Program-made: the position numbers and the translations under genes | The notes under the pieces: model-generated | Database searches by the model: none | What the model was told of the DNA's origin: nothing | What the model saw: only the letters and a program-made list of their open reading frames with translations | Assembly: GCA_046563655.1 (NCBI GenBank) | Contig: CM102290.1 | Span: 7,254,001 to 7,318,000, forward strand | Reading direction: 5' to 3' | DNA: 64,000 bases | Source of the DNA: Yuukianura sp. NJ FZ-2021 | Lineage: Eukaryota | Part shown: piece by piece, positions 55,701 through 64,000 of the stretch | Numbering within the stretch: position 1 is the first letter of the stretch | Layout: every line of letters starts with the position of its first letter

Positions 55701-58353
55701 TTCGAAAAATTGGGTTTTTTGATTCTTGAATATTTATTTGTCTTTCTTTCTTCTAAAAGGTGGGAGGCAGTCTTTGCAAAACTTTTCGAGAGATGGGCGG
55801 CCTTGACTTGCTAATTGGAAATTTTTCGTCGCGAAAAGCAGAACTACGCGTTGCGTCTGCGCGTCTTCTGGAGCAATCGCTAACTCCAGAAAACTGCAAC
55901 TACGTCGTGGAAAAAGGATTTGACTGTTTAGACAAAGTGGTCAAGGTGAGTTGTGTTCAACATTGGAAGTTTAAAGCATCGCAGAACTGTTGCAATACCT
56001 AAGCGTTACTTTAACATACAATCTTTTCTAGGTTGCTTCTGATATGTGTGAAGCCGAAGAGTCCCGAGTTGGTACCGGCCTGTTCCGGCACTTGTTTCGT
56101 CACAGTGAATCTACTTGCAGCGACGTTTTGCGTCTCCAAGGTCTCGAACGCGTCATGGCCGAATGTCGTCGCATGGATGTGGAAACTTTACGAAACTGTG
56201 CTGGTGCACTCGTCAACTTGTCCCTCTACGGTGGAGCTGAAAATCAAGAAGCCATGATCAAACGAAAAGTCCACCTTTGGTTGTTTCCACTTGCATTTCA
56301 TCATGATGACTCCATCAAGTACTACGCATGTCTCGCCATTGCTGTTCTCGTTGCCAACAAGGAAATCGAGGCACAAATTATCAAATCCAGTAAGGAAAAT
56401 TTGTCAGAAAAGAGAATTTCGTTGCAACTAAAATTCAAAAAAATCTAACTTTTCTGATTTTTTTTTCCTCAGATACTCTACAACTAGTTGAACCGTTTCT
56501 GACATCTCACAATGCAGAGGAATTTGCAGCATCCAATTCATCACTGGGTCAAGGTCAAAGTTCACAGTGGCTGGAAAAATTGGTTCCAGTACTTTCGTCT
56601 CAACGAGAAGAAGCTCGTTCCCTTGCAGCATTCCACTTTTGGTAATGAAAAAGATATGTATTCAAATTTTGCTGGAACTAATTTTTGAAAACTCATTTCT
56701 GAGTTGCCATTTCCGCCTTTTATGAATTTTGAAACTTTACTGGAATTTTTAGTATGGAGGCTGGAATCAAGAAGCGCCAATGTACGACTCAAGTGTTCAA
56801 GCAAATCAATGCAATTGAGCCGCTGAAGCGCGTCGCTTCATCTCCAAATGCTTTGGCAAGCAAACTGGCAGCACAAGCACTTAGACTGATTGGGGAAGAA
56901 GTGCCACACAAGTTGAGTCAACAAGTTCCATTGTGGTCCATTGAAGATGTCCGAGAGTGGGTCATCCAAAAAGGATTCCAAGGTTTGAGTTTCATCTTAG
57001 TTAACTGAAATTAATTATTTCATATTAAATTCACTAATTAACTTAATTTGACATTGTCTCAGAATACGCTGACTCGTTCATGGCTTCCCGCGTGGACGGA
57101 GATCTCTTGCTGCAGTTGACTGAGGACATGCTGACCTGCGACATCAAGATTCACAACGGAATTTTGCGCAAGCGGTAATTTTAATTTTTTTTTCTTTTAA
57201 AAATGACCAGTTTTTGTTTTTGAGGTCAAAGTACGTCGACCTTTGGCTTTTCTAGGTTCATGCGCGACCTTTGGAACTTGAAGCGTATGGCAGACTATTC
57301 CAGTTGCGACACCACAAACCTGAGCGACTACTTGAGCTCCATCCAATCTGATTTTTGTGCTTACACTTACACTCTTCTGAACAATGGAGTTGACAAAGAG
57401 ACTTTCTACAAATGTCTATCAGATGACATGTTGAGCCAGTGTGGAATTTCCAGTAGCATTCATCGTGGAAGGATTCTGGAAGCTCTCAAAGGTCCGATTT
57501 TCAACTTAATTCATAATTTCAATTCAATTTTTTTAAAGTTTGTGTTAATTTTATTTTCAGAGAAGTGTGACATGTCATGCGCCTCAGATGAAAACTTTGA
57601 GAAACCGTTGGACGTTTTCATTAGTTACCGCAGGTCGAACGGTTCACAGCTCGCCAGTTTGTTGAAAGTCCACTTGGCCCTCCGCGGATTCTCAGTATTC
57701 ATTGACGTGGAACGCCTCGAGGCGGGAAAGTTTGACAATAATTTGCTCCAAAGTATCACGCAAGCCAAACACTTCGTGTTGGTCCTCACACCGGATGCTC
57801 TAGACAGATGCATCGGAGACAGTGATTGCAAAGACTGGATCCATCGCGTATGCTGACATTAATATTTTTTAATAACTTTGATGTGAGTTTCTTTTCAAAA
57901 TTTTGGTTTGATTACAGGAAATTGTTGCTGCTCTCCAATCTCAGTGCAACATTGTGCCAATCATGGATCAGCAATTCCAGTGGCCAGAGGCTGACCGACT
58001 TCCGGAAGATATGCAACCAATTCATACTTTCAACGGAATCAAGTACGTTTCAAAATTGTTGTTTTCAAACAATTTTAAAAAAAAAGTTTAAAAAATATCA
58101 AAATCTGAGTTTGTTTATTGACGATTAACTTTTTTTTAGATGGATTCATGACTACCAAGACGCATGCGTGGACAAAATTGAGCGCTTTCTTCGCGGGGAG
58201 CAGTTACCACGTGACCCTGTGCCGCAGAACCCTCTGATTACACCCATCAGTCAAGTGAGTCCGGGAAGCAACAATGGAGCAGTAACAAAGTATCAGCGTA
58301 CACCCAGTGTCGGATCTGATGGCTCAAAGGTTGATGAAGTCTCCCAACGCTAA
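52757..58353 (+). CDS. Sarm1: SARM1/Ect4/TIR-1 NAD+ hydrolase (Ser-rich N-terminus, ARM, two SAM, TIR), about 14 exons; alternative upstream exons likely
   Basis: [121 protein letters not shown]...[11 protein letters not shown]...CKDWIHR|EIVAAL...[21 protein letters not shown]. Stop TAA at 58351-58353. Confidence 0.97.
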
Positions 58354-59368
58354 ACACACATGACTGAACACACGAGAGAAATATCAACGAAAAATTACAA
58401 TTCTACAAATGTACCAAGGGGCTCACACTAATTTTGAAAAAAAAAGAATCAACGCGATTGGGCCATCATCAACGTTAGGTTAAGTAAAAAATGTGTCAGT
58501 TAGGTAAGAAAGATGAGCATAAATGTTTTCAAAATATTTTGACAAACCGAAATTATTTTGGGACACGCCGTACAAAATGTACATGGTGTAGTACGTTTAC
58601 AAATCAACAGAAGTGACCAAAGGCAACCTGGACATCCTTTTTTTTGTAGGAAATTGGAAATCATGTGATATGTGTCTCCTTTAGGTTTGAAGAGCGAGAA
58701 AATTTTCTTGCTCTTCAAACTCAAAATTTTCTTGTGTGTGAAAAATATGAGCTGGAGAAAGCATGAGCGTAGCTCGTAACTTAAACGGTGGCAAGCCTAG
58801 CTAATTAAAGTTAATCTGAGTTAATTCATTAATTATGTTAAGTTTTTAAGTACGTAGGTATCTCATTTTTAAAAACGTAACGTTAAACTTTTCCTGCCTA
58901 GGCAGAAAAGGAGTAAGTTTAAGTAATTGCCATATATAATTTTAACCAATTGAAAAGTGTCTTAATCCACATCACAATTAAAATTAAATTAAACCTTTCT
59001 TTAGTTAAAGTTAGTAGCCTTTGTTGTTTGAACTCTTCTTTTGTTATACTTTGTCTCACAATGCCCCCGTAGAATACTAAAGCGAATTTCATATGTATGC
59101 TTTTCAATAATTTTAAGTTATTAAATCAATATTACGACTTCGACCTAAATTTAAATGATTCACAATTTTCAGCAATTTTTGCAATTAAAAATGAAATGAA
59201 TTAAAAATTTCAAGCAATAATCCATAAACAATACGGAAAGTCAAAACCGGAACGTTGACCGATGACGCAAAATACAGCACAGCAGCAGCGCAGTATTTTG
59301 GACCTAGTATGTAGCACTTACCTTGCTACATTGCAACGACCAATTTTAAACAGAATTCAAATAAAAAT

Positions 59369-60043
59369 CCATGGACTATATTCCATTTTTTTTTAAATTT
59401 GACGGAAACTTGATGTTCGGCTTTGGACTTTTCAAAATTTCTAAAAATTCCTCTTCCTAAAAATTCCTAAACATTTTCGTGAAGGTCTCTAAAGAGTATT
59501 TTTAGAAATTTTAAAAAAGTACATTCAAATTTTTATCAAATTCAACTAGAATGAATGAAAAAAAGTATCGCGAAACTGCGCAACCAAAAAGGCAAGCTAC
59601 CGAAATTGAGATTTTCTTAATTCAAAATTCCCGCCAGTTGATAGTCCAAGGATTTTTTCAAAATTTGACGAAAAACTTGATGTTTGATTTTGGACTTTTC
59701 ATTATTTCTTAAAATTTTTCATATTTTTTGAAAGTGTTTCGTGAAAAGACTAGGTCTCTATCGTTTTCCGTTCTCGAGATATAAATTTTCAATTTTCTCG
59801 GGAACGAAAGGCGATAGAAAGGTAAACTCTTCTCTCCTGAATTCACAAAAACATGGAGTATTTTTAGAAATTTTAACCAAATTTTGTAAAAAACCATGAA
59901 CTAGTCCGTGTTTTTTTTTCAACATTTGACGAAAAACTTGATGCTCGATATTGGGCTTCTCAAAATTTCTAAAAATTCTTCATATTTTTTGAAAGTTTGT
60001 CGCAAAGAGATTATGTCTGTATCGCTTTCTGTTGCTGAGGTAT
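59369..60043. repeat. Degenerate ~260-bp tandem repeat, about 2.6 copies
   Basis: TTTGACG(A/G)AAACTTGATG..GGACTTTTCA..ATTTCT.AAAATT recurs at about 59398, 59664 and 59926. Each copy is preceded by a CCATGGACTA/TAGTCC-like motif. Confidence 0.8.
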
Positions 60044-60164
60044 GTACTTTTGTTTAATTATCATGATCATATAGTGAAATATACACATATTACACAATAT
60101 ATTGTTTGACTCGATCCATATGTTACTTTAGCTTTTTAATATCACCGACCTACGTAACTCTCAC

Positions 60165-61584
60165 TTAAAAATCTAAATGCAAAAGACGGAAACATTGCCC
60201 CATTACTTTGTATATGGCTCGGTATAAATGTATTCGTTGGTACATTTCACGGTAAAGATGTCTTGCATCAACTGGCTGCAAATTTAAGAAAACTTATTTT
60301 CAAATATGTGATTTAAACTTGCTAAAGTTATAAAAAAAATTATTTTGCAACAAAGAACGAGGTACCTTTAGAACGCGTGTAGCGTTGTAGTATTTTTCAA
60401 ATTTTTCATTAAATTGCTTCATGAATCCAGTGAAAATAGTGGGGTCGCCTTTTTTCAATGCTTGTTGTAAAACATTGGGCCAAGAGGCCAACTGCTCCAG
60501 AACATAAATCTCTTCCTGACATATGACCGTATCAGATGAATTTAAAGAAATATTTACAAAAAATTGAATAAGTTAAGAAATATTTACTTGTTTTTTAGCT
60601 TTGGCTTCGTCAGGCCAGCATTCCATCAGTGAAGGAAGTGGCGGAAATACTTCATCAACAACGCGCTTGTCAAATGTTAGCAGTACTGATTTGATTCGAT
60701 TTAGATTGTAAAGCAAACCACGGGCACCTTAAACAGTACATTCAAAAACATTCGTTTAATTTTTTAATGTGTGCCAGATTCGGCAGTTGGTTGTTACCAT
60801 AATGCTCAATTTCATCCGTTTTTTCAATGCTAATAGTAATGGCTTCTCCAGGGACTCGGTTTAGAAATTCCCAATTCACAACTGCGCTTACTATACTTTT
60901 TAGTGATACGGCATCTGCCTGTTTTAAACAGGTTTTGTTAATTAATCGACAAGATTCGGTTCTGGTCCTGAATATTACAAAATTATTTAATAAAAATAAA
61001 TTCAAAAATCGTTTTTAAATATTAAACTTACATGTACAGATGGTGTAGAAGATCTGCTTCCTTTAACACATTTTGTAAATCCAAAGTTTTTTGGCTTCGT
61101 ACTTCTGGTATCACTGGCCCAATTCGAATATGTTGTCGAAAACGATCCAAATTTGCTTTTGGAATGAATTCCCTAATTTTTATAACGTTTTCGCATTTGG
61201 GTTCATTTGGAATGCATTTATAAGTTCCATCCTCCACTAAACCGATACCACACATTCGGTAGGCCGCAATGAAAAATTTTGCAGTCACAAATTTTCGATA
61301 TTGACGAAAGGTTGATACATCGTCGTTTGGTTTTGTTAAATAAAATTCCACCTGAGCAAATACTTACACATTTTAGCAAATCCAAAATTTAGCAAATTAG
61401 TAAATATAACTCGGATAAAATTTGTTTTAAATTTTAAATATGTTACCAAATAAGCCCGATCAATTGAGTGAAGAGCGTCACATTTCTCTGCAGTTTCAGT
61501 TAACAATTCCTCCAACAAGTTTCTCGGATTTAGAGGTATTATTGATTTTTTATTCCGAAGAGCATCAGACCGACTCGGAAGCAT
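60165..61584 (-). CDS. Dalrd3: DALR anticodon-binding domain protein, DALRD3-like (divergent), six exons
   Basis: Exons 61447-61584, 61032-61351, 60798-60967, 60588-60727, 60366-60515 and 60165-60275 splice in frame. The C-terminal half reads GARGLLYNLNRIKSVL...FPPLPSL...FEKYYNATRVLKPVDARHLYREMYQRIHLYRAIYKVMGQCFRLLHL. This fits the DALR pattern as I remember it for DALRD3 (YNxxR...YYN...HL...M..R..L.RA). No HIGH motif seen. Confidence 0.75.
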
Positions 61585-62759
61585 TTTAGTGATGAACTTT
61601 TGTATTAATCGTCGCTTGAGACCACTTGGAACTAATTACCTCATCAGCTGCTGAATCCTTACAAATTCATGGTGCAAATGAGGAGTCAGACACGTATGGA
61701 CAGGGAGCGGTCTGCACATGCCTTACTATTTGTTGTCTTCTGTTTCCCGAAGCAAAATACAATTTATAACTTTTTGACCTGATACCAACAGTTTGAAAGA
61801 AAATTCATTTCATAGTAAATTCAAGCATTGCACAACTTTATGATCCACGGAACACGAAAAGCGTTGGAAATGTGTGAACTAAAAAATGTAATCCACAAGT
61901 TTGGATTTATTGAACAAATTTAACAGGATGTAAATGTAAAACAATTTCCTGGTAAGCTGGTCCAGAAATTAATTCAGTAGTATACAAATGAAATATTTTT
62001 TGAAAGATGTTTTTCTGTTAGGTGAATTGAATTGGATTCAACCAGAACACAAAAATATGAAGGCTAATAACATTGTTTGTATAAGTTAGGTACAGAAAGA
62101 GATTAGAAAATTCTAGCTTCACTTTAACATAACGCAAATAGAAAATTTGAATTAACTAAAGTTGTTGACCTGACATAAATCCTGTCGCAGTAGGTAAAAC
62201 TCTTAATAATCTTTTTTCGAGGCCGGGATGAAGGTCTCTTGTGAACTTGACCTTATCATTTTGTAATGTAGTTTGTTTGTTTTTCAGTGTAAACCACCAC
62301 AAAACGTAAAACCATTTTCGAATTCAATTGAGTACGGAATTGCAGAAAAATCTATGTCAGAGAAAGATGGCTAACCTTAAGTTACATTATTAATTAAAAA
62401 CAGTTTCGTTTTTTAGAGATCTTTTTCTCCATCTCACCAGGATTCAAGTTAAAAATATTCAGTTTAGCACCCAAAGAAGATTCCGAGTCTCCAAAAAAAT
62501 ATATAAAAGTGAAAAAGGGAATTTAGAATTGATTGATATTCTGGGTTAGAGAGTAATAAGGGTATTGGGTTTTAGTAAGGTTATTGGATTTACATAGCTT
62601 TAGTTAGGCTTTGATACTTTTTTTCTTTTGCGAATAGAATTTGGAAAATATGAACCCTGGAGAGGATCCTTTCGTCAAAAATCCTCAATTGCCTAAAATT
62701 TTTGGTTCTAGAGAAATTGGCCTTTGGAATTTGACACAATTTGGTTCTGTCAATGATTC

Positions 62760-64000
62760 TTAGGACTTCCATGCTCGGAACTTTCGGAGGGAAACTTTTT
62801 TGAGACGAGCAACAGTGGATTTGAAGTCAGTATCTGTCGGCTCGTCCTCACTTAACGTTTCTCCTTCCGAATGGACATCGCGTTTTGTGGGTTTGGGTTT
62901 TGTTGTAGCCTGGGATGTGGCATCATGGAGACTGTGCGCTTGGCGTTGATTTGCCAAATATTGGCGAGCCTTCTCTCGTTGTTGGGCCTTCGTATTTCCG
63001 TTTCGATGAATTTTTAGTTTGGTCAGTCGAGCTAATGTAGCTGCCCGAATGCCTCGACCTGGTTTGGACCTACTTTCAGAATTGTCAGCGGAGAGCCGAC
63101 TACTTCCGGCCGACGACGATCCGGAGGAAGCGTGAGGCTTTCGATCTCTCAAAACAAATCTAGCAATCAATAGTTTGAGAATATAATTTCATAATTATAA
63201 AAACCGACGGCAGAAGACTTACCGTCCTAAATTGTTCCACTTGAGTTGAACTTCGTAAACGTTTTCTTCGTCTTTGAGTACGCGATGAGTTGCCCGCTGT
63301 GAGGATTTTTTACGGAATGATCCAGCGCCCTCTGACGCTCCGCCTGATGTTGACGCTACAGGTTCTAGTTCTTCAACCAACACAAATTTGGTGGGATCCT
63401 CCAAGCGTCGGGCCTTCACGAGCGTCTGCGCAATGATGTCTTGGGAGGTACTTCTCACAGGCACCTTTGAAATATTTAATTTTATAACAACATTTTCCTG
63501 CTTTAATCTAAAATTAAATGAGACTCAAAATGCTGATGCCTCGACTAATGTTACCTTTAAAATGCAATATGGTATTTCCGGTGATACGTTGTGGACACAT
63601 ACAAGGAAGTTGTCATCTTCTCCCCATTGAAGTTCTTCACTATCCCGAGTGCCTTTATCTTTTGTAGGGTCAACGAAGCGATTTCCTCGTGATGAGATTG
63701 ACGACAACCAAGCTCGGCTGCTGGGATCGTTTCCGGTTCGCTTCAGGATAAATTTTCCATCTCCCTTCCAATGAGACTGCGACTGAAGCGGCTTTTCGTG
63801 GGGGTCAAGGACACGCTGTGTTGGTGGTAGTTCTTTCTCCTTCGCATCCCACCCACGAGCCACTTCTTCTATCAAAACGTACTCTCGCGCAGACTCTGCC
63901 GTTCTTCCACTCTTTTGTAGTGCATTCGCAATCACTTCTGAGGCTGTCGTGTCTTGTGTTACCTTTAGAATTGTGTATGGTTCGTCTGCAACAACTCCGT
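62760..64000 (-). CDS. Plce1: 3' end of a phospholipase C epsilon-like gene (two tandem Ras-association domains plus basic tail); 5'-truncated by the window
   Basis: RA1: EPYTILKVTQDTTASEVIANALQK...YVLIEEV...QRVL...WKGDGKFILK. Linker: NDPSSRAWL. RA2: FLVCVHNVSPEIPYCILK|VPVRSTSQDIIAQTLVKARR...FVLVEEL...ENVYEVQLKW...GR|FVL. Stop TAA at 62760-62762. The catalytic domains are outside the window, so the call rests on the paired C-terminal RA domains. Confidence 0.8.

Overview
Eukaryotic, intron-rich, AT-rich genomic DNA. Short GT-AG introns of about 60-90 nt, scattered TTAGG motifs and the gene content point to an arthropod; a springtail-like hexapod is my guess, not shown. The first ~14.5 kb has no recognisable gene. 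It is followed by seven recognisable spliced genes: Shark tyrosine kinase (-), an EAAT2-like SLC1 transporter (-), 5-hydroxyisourate hydrolase (-), syndapin/PACSIN (+), SARM1/Ect4 (+), a DALRD3-like protein (-) and the 3' end of a PLC-epsilon-like gene (-). There is also one orphan secreted protein (+). Between and inside these genes are several non-autonomous inverted-repeat elements, including a nested set at 20.2-21.4 kb, degenerate tandem arrays, a spliced pseudogene and spliced ORF-less segments. The best leads are: an upstream exon that would give the HIU hydrolase a signal peptide; the cysteine-free orphan with an LEKR|Q processing site; a GAA mini-hairpin plus TTAGG module shared by unrelated foldback elements; and two perfect IR1 (EcRE-type) palindromes in tandem. 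All gene models were spliced by eye and all family calls rest on remembered motifs, not database searches. I found no tRNA, rRNA or CRISPR array, and no convincing wholly new multi-gene system.
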